DNA of 52,876 nucleotides from an uncultured Clostridia bacterium (GTDB lineage: Bacteria; Bacillota_I; Bacilli_A; RF39; UBA660). A program made the translations under genes and the position numbers. The stretch spans positions 1 through 52,876 of the forward strand of contig CAMVAF010000006.1 in NCBI GenBank assembly GCA_947165365.1. Direction: 5' to 3'. The stretch's first letter is position 1. Each line of letters opens with the position of its first letter. The notes beneath the pieces were generated by a model. That model had not been told where the DNA came from and did not search any database. It saw nothing but the letters and a program-made list of their open reading frames with translations. Of this stretch, positions 20,419 through 31,070 are shown in pieces.

Positions 20419-20973
20419 ATGAAAGGAAACAAGAAATTATTAATCGTTGCAGTATTATTATTACTAGTAGCTGTAAGTTATACTACTTATGCTATTTATA
20501 GAACAAGTGTAGCTGGTAATGCTAAAGTAACTGCTGCTGCATGGACTGTTAATTTTAAAAATGGTGAAACAGAATTAACTGATAATTTTGAAGTTGTATT
20601 AACTGGTGCAGATTGTACAAATGCTCATGTTGCTACAGGAAAAATTGCTCCAGGAGCTACTTGCACTAAAACCATTGTTTTAGATGCAACTGGTACTGAA
20701 GTTGATGTAACATATGAAGCAACTGTCGGAGAAGTTACTGCTACTAAAGCAGGAAGTGCTGTTACTACAACTGGTGCTAATGCATTTACCACATCATTAT
20801 CACCAGCAACAGGTACAATAGCATATTCTACTGCAGGTGAAACAAATTTAACATTAACTATTACTTGGGCTGGAACTGAAGGAGAAGATACAGTTGATCC
20901 AAAAGATACAGATCTAGCTGGAGCTACTATTACAGTACCTGTAACTTTAACAGCTAAACAAGTTGTTGAATAA
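20419..20973 (+). CDS. TasA/SipW-dependent fibre subunit-like protein (probable major subunit)
   Basis: Signal peptide ending TYA|IYRT, IAPG motif, Thr/Ala/Gly-rich; strong AAGGAGG RBS; sipW-like gene nearby. Confidence 0.7.
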   Translation: MKGNKKLLIVAVLLLLVAVSYTTYAIYRTSVAGNAKVTAAAWTVNFKNGETELTDNFEVVLTGADCTNAHVATGKIAPGATCTKTIVLDATGTEVDVTYEATVGEVTATKAGSAVTTTGANAFTTSLSPATGTIAYSTAGETNLTLTITWAGTEGEDTVDPKDTDLAGATITVPVTLTAKQVVE

Positions 20974-20980
20974 AATTAAC

Positions 20981-21037
20981 AAAGAATAATGAAAATTATT
21001 CTTTCGTTTAAAGTCTATAAACTTTATAGACTTTAAA
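20981..21037 (+). terminator. Two hairpins after first fibre gene (partial terminator or mRNA stabiliser)
   Basis: aaagaataat/attattcttt and tttaaagtctataaa/tttatagactttaaa. Confidence 0.55.
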
Positions 21038-21061
21038 GGGTAGGATAATGGAGTGTGAAAT

Positions 21062-22714
21062 ATGAAGAGGAAAGAAGATAATAATAAGACACTTGATTGG
21101 ATTATCAAGATTGTTTTAATTGTAATTATTATTTTTTTATTAATACATAATTGTTGTCTTATAAAGAAAAATAAAGAATATGAAAATTCTGGTGGAAACA
21201 TTGATATCATTGAAATAGGTTGTGATGATAATAAATGTAAACCAATACCAAAAGAAATTGAAAGTATTGCTTTTGATGATAATAAGGTAAGTATTAAAAA
21301 AGGAGATAGTCTTAAGTTAATTGTTTCAATTAATCCTGTGGAACTATCATCAAGTAAAATTACTTGGAAAAGTAGTGATGATAGTATTGTAACAGTTGAT
21401 GAATTTGGAATAATTAAGGGAATAAAAAATGGTAAAGCAATAATTACGGTAACAACTCCTAATGGAAAAACAGCAACTTGTACTGTTGAAGTAGTAAATG
21501 ATTCGGTTAATGTTAAAAAAATTAATTTAAGTGTACCTAAAAACACAATTACAGTTGGTTCAGTTACTCAAGTTAAAACTAAAGTAGAACCAAGTAATGC
21601 AACTAACCGTGAACTAGTATGGACAAGTAGTGATAAATCTATTGCTACTGTTGATTCTAATGGTATTGTTAAAGGTATTAAAAATGGTGTAGTAACTATT
21701 ACTGCTAAAACAAAAGATGGCAAAGTAGTTGCAAGTATAAAATTGACAGTTAAAGTACCTGAACCAGTAATTGAAAATCTTAAATTTTCACAAGATAATG
21801 TTAGTATAAAAAAAGATGATACTTTAGGATTAACTGTTGTTGTAACACCAAGTGAATTATCATCAAGTAAACTTACTTGGAAAAGCAGTGATGAAAGTAT
21901 TGTAACAGTTGATGAATTTGGAAAAATTAAAGGTATTAGTGTAGGAACAGCAACAATAACTGTAACAAGTTCTAATGGAAAAACAGCAACTTGCAAAGTT
22001 AATGTTACTGAAGAATCTATTGAAGTACAAGAAATAGTTCTTACACCTTTAGAAAAAACTATTGGAAATGGTAGAACAACTCAAGTAATTGCGGATATTT
22101 TACCTGAAAATGCAACAAACCGTGAATTAGTATGGACAAGTAGTGATCCATCTGTTGCTACTGTTGATTCAAATGGTGTTGTTAAAGGTATTAAAGATGG
22201 TATCGTAACTATTACTGCAAAAACTAAAGATGGTAAAGTAGTTGCAACTACTAAAATAATTATTGATGAAAATATCAATGATGAAAAATTAAGTGTTTAT
22301 GATGATGATCATACACCAGTAACCTGGGATGGCGCAAATGACTTAAAGATTTTTGAAAAAACACTTTACACCGTTGATGGTAAAATAGCTCCTGAAAGTA
22401 GTAATACATATCAATTTGTGGTAAGAAATAACACAAAATATAATATAAAATATGATATTGATTTTATTGAAACTAATCCATATAACATTAATATGAAATA
22501 TAAACTTAAAAAGAATGATACATATCTAATTGACCATTATGTATCAGCAAGTGAATTAAATGTTATTGATGTACAGCTAAATAGTAGTAATAATGATACT
22601 TATTATCTAGAATGGAAATGGGTAAGTAGTGATAATGATACTCAAATTGGTACAACAGCAAATGCTAGTTATGGATTAAAAATAGAAATAAAGGCAGAAA
22701 GCACTAATGGTTAA
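21062..22714 (+). CDS. Membrane-anchored protein with four Big_2 Ig-like domains and C-terminal TasA-like domain
   Basis: N-terminal TM; four W(K/T)SSD..(I/V).TVD..G repeats in ABAB duplication; IAPESSNTYQF...YYLEWKW...DTQIG. Confidence 0.8.
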   Translation: MKRKEDNNKTLDWIIKIVLIVIIIFLLIHNCCLIKKNKEYENSGGNIDIIEIGCDDNKCKPIPKEIESIAFDDNKVSIKKGDSLKLIVSINPVELSSSKITWKSSDDSIVTVDEFGIIKGIKNGKAIITVTTPNGKTATCTVEVVNDSVNVKKINLSVPKNTITVGSVTQVKTKVEPSNATNRELVWTSSDKSIATVDSNGIVKGIKNGVVTITAKTKDGKVVASIKLTVKVPEPVIENLKFSQDNVSIKKDDTLGLTVVVTPSELSSSKLTWKSSDESIVTVDEFGKIKGISVGTATITVTSSNGKTATCKVNVTEESIEVQEIVLTPLEKTIGNGRTTQVIADILPENATNRELVWTSSDPSVATVDSNGVVKGIKDGIVTITAKTKDGKVVATTKIIIDENINDEKLSVYDDDHTPVTWDGANDLKIFEKTLYTVDGKIAPESSNTYQFVVRNNTKYNIKYDIDFIETNPYNINMKYKLKKNDTYLIDHYVSASELNVIDVQLNSSNNDTYYLEWKWVSSDNDTQIGTTANASYGLKIEIKAESTNG

Positions 22715-23393
22715 GATATATAAAATATTTGTTAATACATTATTTATTCTCTTAATAGCAGTTTTAGGAATATATGTCTTCTTTAGATTTACTAATAAAG
22801 TTGTTATATATAGTGTTAAAACTGGGTCAATGGAAGATAATATTCATGTTGGTGATTATATCTTAATATATAAAAAGAATGATTATAATGTGGGAGATGT
22901 TGTTACATATCGTAAAGATAATTATTTTATAACACATAGAATAATTAGAAAAGATAATAATCAAATTGTTACAAAAGGAGATGCCAATAATACTGAAGAT
23001 GAAACAATAGATATAAGTGATATAGTAGGAAAAGTTATTATTTCTGGCGGTATATTAAACATTATTGTTAATTATAAATTTGCGATTGCAGCAATATTTG
23101 TAGCGTTATATTTAATTAGTTGTTATTTTGGTGATACAAAAGAAGATAATGTAGATAATCAAGAAATATTTAATGATGAAATAACAGATAATTTAAATAC
23201 TGATAATATAGAAAATGAATATAAAGAAAAAGATATAGAGCAACAAGAAGAAAATGTTGGTGAAACAGAAATATCAACAGAAGACACTGTTAATGAAACG
23301 AAAGAAGAAAATGAAACAATGATAGAAGAAAAAAATAATGAAAATAAAATAGAGGAAACAGTAATAAAAAAGAAGAGAAAAAATAAGAAATAG
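22707..23393 (+). CDS. sipW: Signal peptidase I, SipW/ER type
   Basis: TGSME, GDVVTY, ITHRI (Ser-His dyad), TKGDANN; two TMs; acidic tail. Confidence 0.88.
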   Translation: MVKIYKIFVNTLFILLIAVLGIYVFFRFTNKVVIYSVKTGSMEDNIHVGDYILIYKKNDYNVGDVVTYRKDNYFITHRIIRKDNNQIVTKGDANNTEDETIDISDIVGKVIISGGILNIIVNYKFAIAAIFVALYLISCYFGDTKEDNVDNQEIFNDEITDNLNTDNIENEYKEKDIEQQEENVGETEISTEDTVNETKEENETMIEEKNNENKIEETVIKKKRKNKK

Positions 23394-23409
23394 TAAAGGA
23401 AGTGAGATA

Positions 23410-23892
23410 ATGAAAAAAGATAAAATAATAGATTTTATATTTGTATTTATTGGTGTGGTGTCTTTTTTCGCAATTAAATATTCTTTTGCTATCTATAGAA
23501 CAACAGCATCAACACATGGTGATATTACTACTGCAACATGGAGTGTTTTTCTAGATCAAACTGGTGTAAATGATCACTTATCAGTTGTTGCTGATCCAAA
23601 TGGTACAACAGCAAGTTATACATTAAATATAACTAGTCATTCTGAAGTAGATGTTGTGTATTCCATTGTATTAAATGGTTTATCAGATGACGTTAGTGTA
23701 TCGGCAGATAATGGAACAACGTTCACTAAGGAAAATAATGGTAGTGTAACATTTACTGATGTTGGTACTATTAATTATGTTAGCGGTGGTAACACTGTAA
23801 CAAAAACATTAATTTTTAAAGCATTATCTACAGCAGAATTTGTTACAAATAATCCGATTGATATTAAGGTTATAGCAAGACAAGCTTTATAA
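23410..23892 (+). CDS. Second SipW-dependent fibre subunit-like protein (minor)
   Basis: Signal ending SFA|IYRT; ATW and SEVDVVY parallel AAW and TEVDVTY in the 20419 protein. Confidence 0.7.
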   Translation: MKKDKIIDFIFVFIGVVSFFAIKYSFAIYRTTASTHGDITTATWSVFLDQTGVNDHLSVVADPNGTTASYTLNITSHSEVDVVYSIVLNGLSDDVSVSADNGTTFTKENNGSVTFTDVGTINYVSGGNTVTKTLIFKALSTAEFVTNNPIDIKVIARQAL

Positions 23893-23921
23893 TAATAAAA
23901 AAATAATAATAAGGAAAAGAG

Positions 23922-26900
23922 GTGAATAAATTGAAAATGAATAATAATAAATTAAAATTCTTAATTGTAGTTTTAGTTTTCTTTTTGAGCTTCTTTTTTG
24001 TAAAATATAAGGATACTTTTAGTATATATCGTGGTGAATTAAATACTAGAATATATTTAACAGTAACAGACCCTTCAACAACTTTTGAAGTAACATTTGA
24101 TCAAAATTATGGAAATAATACTTCATCAATATTTGTTGGTTATAATCAACAAGTAGGTACACTTCCAACTCCAACAAGAACTGATTATAATTTCTTAGGT
24201 TGGTATGATGATCCTACTGATAATACTAATCGTATTTATTCTGATGAAATTATTACAGGACCGGTGACTTTTTATGCTCATTGGCAAAAAATAATATGTA
24301 AAAAAGTTACAAATGCTAGCAACTTACATACTGAAACTTGTCTAAGTGGTGGCTGTCGTGTAGGTGCAATTGGTATTCCAGCAAATTCAGATATTACCTA
24401 TGGTACAGTTTATGGACAAGGTAGTCCAATTGCAGGTGATGCATATAACTGTGATGTTAATGATGATGGTACATTTGATGCGCAAACTCAATATGGAAAA
24501 TTTACTGAAAGATTTTATTTCTTAAGAGAAGTAGATAATGGTAATGATGAGACTACAGGTGCTTTGGTATATTACACAAGTATTGATAGTAATGGACCTG
24601 TTGATTCACAACATAATTCTAGTATAGGATCAACTAATTATATTGATGCTTCAGCATGGCTGCCTACATCTAGTAGTGGTAGTGATTCATGGGATAATCC
24701 AGGACTTATAGATTTTGATTCTGGTAATGGTAAAATTTCAAGATTTCTTAATTTTGCTGATTTAAGTGCAGTTTGTGGGCCTGTATCTGGAGAAAAAAAT
24801 GCTTCATATTTTGCAGATTGTGGTAAATGGTTCTTATTTGAAAACTCAAGATTCCAATCAACTGGTCTTGGTAGAGCTGGAATATGGTTAGAACATGTAG
24901 ATAATACATATTATCGTATACAAACACAAACGGTACAGTTAGCTATACCTCAAACGGGTGCTAATAGTGATAATACAGCACGACCTGTTATCGAAATTCC
25001 TATGAGTGCTTTTGAGGGATATGTAAATGCTGAAAGATATACAATTAATTTTAATACACATGGTGGTACTCCACAACCTGAAAGTATTAGAAAATATGCC
25101 GGTGAAACGTTAGGAACTCTTCCTGAACTAACACTTGCACATAATGATTTTGCTGGATGGTATGCTGATAGTTCATATAGTACATTAGTATCATCTTCGA
25201 CTACTGTTAATGGTGATATGACTCTTCATGCTAAATGGAGTCCAAGACAAACTAATACTGTAACATTTGATGGTAATGGTGGAACTATTAATGGGGAAAG
25301 TACTTATGTTTTAACTGTAGATACAGGAAGTACAATTAGTTCTAGTGATTATCCTGAAGTAATATATGAAGGAGAGACTCTTGAGGGATGGTATATGGAT
25401 GTTGATCTTACCATACCATTTGATGAAACTATTCAAATAACTTCAAATATAATATTATATGCAAAGTGGGAAAATTATCAGTATGTTGCTAAAATAGGTA
25501 ATACAAAATATGAAACTCTTGAAGCTGCTATAGCTGCTGTTCCAACTACTGGTGAAAAAACAAGAATTACATTGTTAGCCAATATAGAATTATCTTCATT
25601 AATTACTATACCTAGCAATAAATATGTTGAACTAGATGGTGGAAATCATACTATAAGTGGTTCTCTTGCTAATTTGATAACTAATAATGGAACATTGGAT
25701 ATTATAAGTGGTACCATAACAACACCTATAAGGACATCAGCTACTACCTTAATAACTAATGGTGGAAGTGGAACATTAAATATTTCTGGTGGAACTTTAA
25801 CAAATCCTTCTAATAATGGAACACTTGAATTCCTAACAATATCAAATGTTAGTGGTGGAACGGTAAATATTACTGGTGGAACATTAAATAGTTATGGACA
25901 AAGTGCTTCAATTAATGTTAAATCAGGTAATAGTAAATTAAATGTTTCTGGTGGTCGAATTATTGCTCATAGTGTAACTAAAGGACAAGCAATCTATATG
26001 GAAGCTGGTACTGTTACCATAAGTGGTGATGCTTATCTAGAAAACGTTTCTGGTACTGGTGATTCAAGAGCTTGTGTTGATAATAATGGTGGAACACTTA
26101 ATATTACTGGTGGTACAATTGTTTCAAAAGGACATAGTGCTGTTATCGCTAGAAAGAGTGGCGGTAAAGTAATAATTGGTAATAAAGATGATGGAGTTAT
26201 AGATATCACAACACCAGTTATGCGTGGACTAGAATATGGTCTTGATAGATCTAATAGTGGTGCTGTAATTGAAGTTTATGATGGAATATTTGAATCATTC
26301 AATCAAACTCAAGCTATTAGTACAACTAGTGTTACTAAACCAGACGGAATTAACTTCAAAACGGATGGAACAGTTGATATTGATGGTGTAACATATCATA
26401 CCGCATATTTGCTAGCCCCAAGTGTAACAGTATACTTCTATGAAGAAACTAATAGTACTCCAATTTCTGTTACTGTAGATAATGGAGTAGCTATTGGTAG
26501 TGATTTACCAACTGTTACTAAACAAGGATATTATTTTGATGGATGGTATATTGATGGAAATCCATTATATGAAGTAACAAGTTCAACAAAAGTATTTGGT
26601 ACATTTAATGCTTACGCTAAATGGGTTAGAAGTGTTACTAACGCCACATGTGATGACCCAATGAATATTGAAATAAATACAAGTAGTGAAATTGTATTTA
26701 ATGAAAGTGATATTGAATCAGTTACATATTTATCAAGCAACCCTAATATTGCCTCAGTAGATTCTGATGGTACAGTTCATGGTATTGCAGTTGGATCTGT
26801 TACAATTACAATGACAGGATCTAAATCTGGTTTAACAAAACAAATAACAGTTAATATTACCCCAGTAATGAGGACTGTAACATTTACTGATTCAAAACAT

Positions 26901-29900
26901 GAAACAATTACAAGAACAGTTGCGGATGGAACTTCATTAGATGTAAATATGCCAGCTAATCCAACAGATTCTAATTATGTCTTTAGTGGATGGACAATAA
27001 GTGGAGAATTAACACCATTCACATCATCATCACAAGTAAATGATGATATAACAGTTGTTGCTAATTGGCAAGAAAAAGTTAATTATGCTACTTTAACTTC
27101 AAGTCCAACACCAATGAATTTAGTTATCGGTAATAATGGACAAATAACTCTAAGTGCAACAGTTTTAAATGATACAATAGAAGACTTTAGTGTTGAATCT
27201 ACAACTCCTTCAGTTGCAACAGCAACTAAAAATGGAAATGTTATTACTGTTAATGCTTTAGATTATGGAACTACTACTATTAGAATAATAGGTAGTTTAT
27301 CAACTGAAGTTGTACCAATTTCTGTATCAGTTGATTATTTAAAACATACTGTAACATTTAGAGATGATGTTAATCCTGATATTGAAATTGAAGTAATTGA
27401 TGGAACTATGATTGGTGCATCTAATATGCCAGCTGATCCAGTAAAAGAAAAATATTTGTTTGATGGATGGGTTAAATCAACCGATACCTCAACAGCTGTT
27501 GATGCGAATACAGTTGTTAATAATGATATCATTGCTATTGCAACTTGGACACCAACAATTCAGAATGCAACAATACCTTTAACACATGTGGTAACATTAG
27601 GAAGTAGTAATACTATTCCAATTACAGATATTCCTACTGGAATGGAATCTTATACATTCTCTTCAAGTGATAGTACAGTAGCAAGTGTTAATTCAACAAC
27701 TGGTGAAGTAAGTGGTCTTGCTTTGGGAACAGCAGATATAACTATCACTGGTTCAAGATCAAATGTTACAAAAACAGTTCATGTAACAGTAAGTGAAATA
27801 ACTTACACCGTAACCTTTATGAATGATAATAGTGCAACGCCTGTAACTACAGTTTCAGTTGCTGCTGGTAATTCTTTAGGTAATAATATGCCAGCTGATT
27901 TAAGTGAAACAAATTATATCTTTAAAGGATGGACAATAAGTGGAGAATTAACACCATTTACATCATCATCACAAGTAAATGATGATATTACTGTTGTTGC
28001 TAATTGGAGATTAGAATTAAATAGTGCAACAATTAATAAAAATCCAGATCCTTTGACATTTAAAAAAGGAAAAACAGGAGAGATAACATTAACTAATCCT
28101 GATAATAATGGTCGTTTGGTAGAAAATTGTACATTTGCATCAAGCAATACAAATATTGCTGAAGTAACTTATAGCAATAATGTTGCGAGTGTATTTGGAG
28201 CTGATTATGGTGAAATAACAGTTACAATTACTGGTGGTGATTCAAATGTATCAAAAACAGTACAAGTAATAATTAATAATATAAATAATATAACATTTGA
28301 TCCTGATAATGGTAATACAAATGATATTACAACTATTCAGGTAGCTGATGGTTCATCAATTGGTACAAATTTACCAGCAAATCCAACAAAATCAGGTTAT
28401 ACATTTGATTATTGGTACTTATATGATGAAGTTAATAAATCATTAACAACAACTATTCTTGATCCTAGTGATGCAGTTACTAGTGATGCAGTATATAAAG
28501 CAAGATGGGCAGGAGCTAATGATGTAGCTGCAATAGGAACTAATTATTTTACGACTATTCAACTTGCTATTGATTCTGTAGCAACATCTGGAACAGCCGA
28601 GATAAGAATATTAAAGGATGTTAGTCCATCAGGTAGAACAACTGTAAGTAATAGTAAGGATATTACCATTAATGCTAATGGTCATGAATTATCTTGTAGT
28701 AGTGGTACAACAAGTAACCTTTTATATGCTAATGGTGGAAAATTAAGAGTTAAAAATGGAACATTTACATGTAATAAATCAGGTAATGCAACTTTTGAAA
28801 CATCTTCAAGTGGAGAATTACATATTTACGATGGGGCAATTGTGACAAATACTAATAACCGTGGGGCTGTTTATAATCTTGGAAAAACTTATGTACATGG
28901 TGGTCATCTTGAATCATCTACAGGAATTCGTTCTGTTATTGTAAATAGTGGGACTAGTGCTCTTATTGAAATGTATGGTGGAGAAGTTATTCAAACAGCA
29001 ACAACGACTAGTGATAAAGGACAAGGTGCTTTACAAGTTGCAAATGGAACAGTAAAAGTATTTGGTGGAACAGTAATTTCTCAAGCTACTAACACTGCAG
29101 CAATTGATCACTCTAGTACAGGTACATTAATTATTGGTACTGATGATAATAATAATTCTTATGATGCAACTAATCCAGTAATTCAAGGTGATCAATATGG
29201 TGTTTATTCTACTAAAGCATATTCAGTATTTGATGGAATTATTAAAGGTAAAACTGGTACTTATGCCGTTAATAGTCTTGATAATATTACTGCAACTGAA
29301 GCAAATACTGAAATAGTTCATGGTATTGATGGTGATTATAAAACATTATATTACGTATCAAAATATCGTATTAACTTTAATGCAGGTGATGGAACAGTAT
29401 CACCAAGTTATTTGGAATATAACGTCGGTTCAGCCATTGATGGAAGTAATTTCCCAGAACCAACACTTACTGATTACACGTTTGATGGATGGTATCTTGA
29501 TAGTAATTTCCAAACACCATTTGAAACATTTACGCCAAATATATCAGCAACAGTAACATATTATGCTAGGTGGATATCTAATTCCGCTCCTACTACATAT
29601 CGTATTAACTTTAATGCAGGTGATGGAACAGTATCACCAAGTTATTTGGAATATAATGTTGGTTCAACTATTGATGGAAGTAATTTCCCAGAACCAACAC
29701 TTGCTAATTACACATTTGGTGGATGGTATCTTGATAGTAATTTTCAAACACCATTTGCATCATTTACACCAGATTCAGCTACGATAGTAACATATTATGC
29801 TAAATGGACTTATGCATCTTCACTTAATCCAGTTTCCCATAATGTACTTAGTGATGCTGTTACTACATATTTCGATAATATAAATACATATGTAGCTGCT

Positions 29901-30992
29901 GATTCAGCAATTGCTGTTAATCAAGATAGTACTCTAAGTAATGATAATCATACTGCATTTTTAAGTAGTTTGAATACTATATTTACAAATAATAGTTGTT
30001 CAGCATGTAATGGTCCTAATACTTGTACACAGCCAGGTGCTGGAACAAGATGTGATTATCAAAAAGAATATGATACGGGATTAACCGATGACTTAGTTGT
30101 TTATTCATATGATAACGGAGTTAAAGGAAGTACTCCAATTACATATGTAACTTCGGAAGATGGTGTTATCTATAATATGATTCCAGGTAAAACATATTAT
30201 TGGGAATCAGCAACTGATAATACAAAATATGGAGTTGTTACAGCAACTGGAGCAAGAAGAACTCTTAAAACTGATGTTCGAAATCTTCGTGATTTAGGAG
30301 GTTTAGCAGTAAGTTATACTGATATTAGTACAGGAAATACAGTAACAGGAACTATTGATTATGGAAGATTATATCGTGGAGCTCAAATGACCACAGCTCA
30401 AGGGGTTGCGGATTTAACTAAATTAGGTATTACAAGAGAAATTGACTTAAGAGCAGATAATGATAATCCTAGTCAATATCGTTTAGATAACTTTGATATT
30501 GGAACTAATCAAAGTCATACAGATATTGTTGTTACTAATTATCATATTAATCCGGTTGCAACAGATTATTTGCCAACTGAAGCAGATTCTACCGATCAGT
30601 GTGGTATGACACACTTAGATGAATATCGTAAACTTAAAGCTGCTATTAAACAAATCATGACTTATGTAATTGGTAATGGTGTTACTGGTGATAATATATT
30701 CTTCCACTGTACAATTGGTACAGATAGAACTGGTACAATTGCTTATTTCTTGGAAGGACTTCTAGGTGTATCTGAAGAAGATCGTTTAAGAGATTATGAA
30801 TTATCTTACTTCTTTGGACTAACAAATCGTTCACGTTTCCATGATACTTTAAGTTCAAAAATACTTCCTAGATTCTATTCAATGTATAAGTCATATCCAA
30901 CAAATGCTGATATTTATAATTGGTATACTTATGAGCGTGCTGCTGATGATGATACTTTACTTACAGCATTTAGACAAGCAATTATTCATTAA
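23922..30992 (+). CDS. Giant secreted adhesin-like protein: InlB B-repeats, Big_2 domains, two beta-helix-like regions, C-terminal protein tyrosine/lipid phosphatase domain
   Basis: Signal ending TFS|IYRG; many (V/I).F...P.P....Y.F.GWY...YA.W repeats; NLRDLGG, LYRG, IDLR, HCTIGTDRTG. Confidence 0.85.
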   Translation: MNKLKMNNNKLKFLIVVLVFFLSFFFVKYKDTFSIYRGELNTRIYLTVTDPSTTFEVTFDQNYGNNTSSIFVGYNQQVGTLPTPTRTDYNFLGWYDDPTDNTNRIYSDEIITGPVTFYAHWQKIICKKVTNASNLHTETCLSGGCRVGAIGIPANSDITYGTVYGQGSPIAGDAYNCDVNDDGTFDAQTQYGKFTERFYFLREVDNGNDETTGALVYYTSIDSNGPVDSQHNSSIGSTNYIDASAWLPTSSSGSDSWDNPGLIDFDSGNGKISRFLNFADLSAVCGPVSGEKNASYFADCGKWFLFENSRFQSTGLGRAGIWLEHVDNTYYRIQTQTVQLAIPQTGANSDNTARPVIEIPMSAFEGYVNAERYTINFNTHGGTPQPESIRKYAGETLGTLPELTLAHNDFAGWYADSSYSTLVSSSTTVNGDMTLHAKWSPRQTNTVTFDGNGGTINGESTYVLTVDTGSTISSSDYPEVIYEGETLEGWYMDVDLTIPFDETIQITSNIILYAKWENYQYVAKIGNTKYETLEAAIAAVPTTGEKTRITLLANIELSSLITIPSNKYVELDGGNHTISGSLANLITNNGTLDIISGTITTPIRTSATTLITNGGSGTLNISGGTLTNPSNNGTLEFLTISNVSGGTVNITGGTLNSYGQSASINVKSGNSKLNVSGGRIIAHSVTKGQAIYMEAGTVTISGDAYLENVSGTGDSRACVDNNGGTLNITGGTIVSKGHSAVIARKSGGKVIIGNKDDGVIDITTPVMRGLEYGLDRSNSGAVIEVYDGIFESFNQTQAISTTSVTKPDGINFKTDGTVDIDGVTYHTAYLLAPSVTVYFYEETNSTPISVTVDNGVAIGSDLPTVTKQGYYFDGWYIDGNPLYEVTSSTKVFGTFNAYAKWVRSVTNATCDDPMNIEINTSSEIVFNESDIESVTYLSSNPNIASVDSDGTVHGIAVGSVTITMTGSKSGLTKQITVNITPVMRTVTFTDSKHETITRTVADGTSLDVNMPANPTDSNYVFSGWTISGELTPFTSSSQVNDDITVVANWQEKVNYATLTSSPTPMNLVIGNNGQITLSATVLNDTIEDFSVESTTPSVATATKNGNVITVNALDYGTTTIRIIGSLSTEVVPISVSVDYLKHTVTFRDDVNPDIEIEVIDGTMIGASNMPADPVKEKYLFDGWVKSTDTSTAVDANTVVNNDIIAIATWTPTIQNATIPLTHVVTLGSSNTIPITDIPTGMESYTFSSSDSTVASVNSTTGEVSGLALGTADITITGSRSNVTKTVHVTVSEITYTVTFMNDNSATPVTTVSVAAGNSLGNNMPADLSETNYIFKGWTISGELTPFTSSSQVNDDITVVANWRLELNSATINKNPDPLTFKKGKTGEITLTNPDNNGRLVENCTFASSNTNIAEVTYSNNVASVFGADYGEITVTITGGDSNVSKTVQVIINNINNITFDPDNGNTNDITTIQVADGSSIGTNLPANPTKSGYTFDYWYLYDEVNKSLTTTILDPSDAVTSDAVYKARWAGANDVAAIGTNYFTTIQLAIDSVATSGTAEIRILKDVSPSGRTTVSNSKDITINANGHELSCSSGTTSNLLYANGGKLRVKNGTFTCNKSGNATFETSSSGELHIYDGAIVTNTNNRGAVYNLGKTYVHGGHLESSTGIRSVIVNSGTSALIEMYGGEVIQTATTTSDKGQGALQVANGTVKVFGGTVISQATNTAAIDHSSTGTLIIGTDDNNNSYDATNPVIQGDQYGVYSTKAYSVFDGIIKGKTGTYAVNSLDNITATEANTEIVHGIDGDYKTLYYVSKYRINFNAGDGTVSPSYLEYNVGSAIDGSNFPEPTLTDYTFDGWYLDSNFQTPFETFTPNISATVTYYARWISNSAPTTYRINFNAGDGTVSPSYLEYNVGSTIDGSNFPEPTLANYTFGGWYLDSNFQTPFASFTPDSATIVTYYAKWTYASSLNPVSHNVLSDAVTTYFDNINTYVAADSAIAVNQDSTLSNDNHTAFLSSLNTIFTNNSCSACNGPNTCTQPGAGTRCDYQKEYDTGLTDDLVVYSYDNGVKGSTPITYVTSEDGVIYNMIPGKTYYWESATDNTKYGVVTATGARRTLKTDVRNLRDLGGLAVSYTDISTGNTVTGTIDYGRLYRGAQMTTAQGVADLTKLGITREIDLRADNDNPSQYRLDNFDIGTNQSHTDIVVTNYHINPVATDYLPTEADSTDQCGMTHLDEYRKLKAAIKQIMTYVIGNGVTGDNIFFHCTIGTDRTGTIAYFLEGLLGVSEEDRLRDYELSYFFGLTNRSRFHDTLSSKILPRFYSMYKSYPTNADIYNWYTYERAADDDTLLTAFRQAIIH
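29364..29807 (+). repeat. Near-identical tandem duplication (234-bp period) of an InlB B-repeat
   Basis: Copies start at 29364 and 29598. Confidence 0.9.
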
Positions 30993-31070
30993 AAAAAGAA
31001 TAGAACTGTTAAAACAGTTCTTTTTCTTATATATTAAAACCTTGTTTCATTTTTTGAAACAAGGTTATTT
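30992..31070. terminator. Terminator hairpins between convergent genes
   Basis: agaactgtt-aa-aacagttct plus T-run; aaccttgtttca/tgaaacaaggtt. Confidence 0.7.

Noticed and set aside
29364-29807. Diversity-generating retroelement TR/VR pair
   Set aside because: Both copies are in frame in one gene, differences include C/T synonymous changes rather than adenine-specific ones, and no reverse transcriptase is present
31038-31068. Possible parS site (tgtttca...tgaaaca)
   Set aside because: Centre is a T-run rather than CG; position between convergent genes fits a terminator
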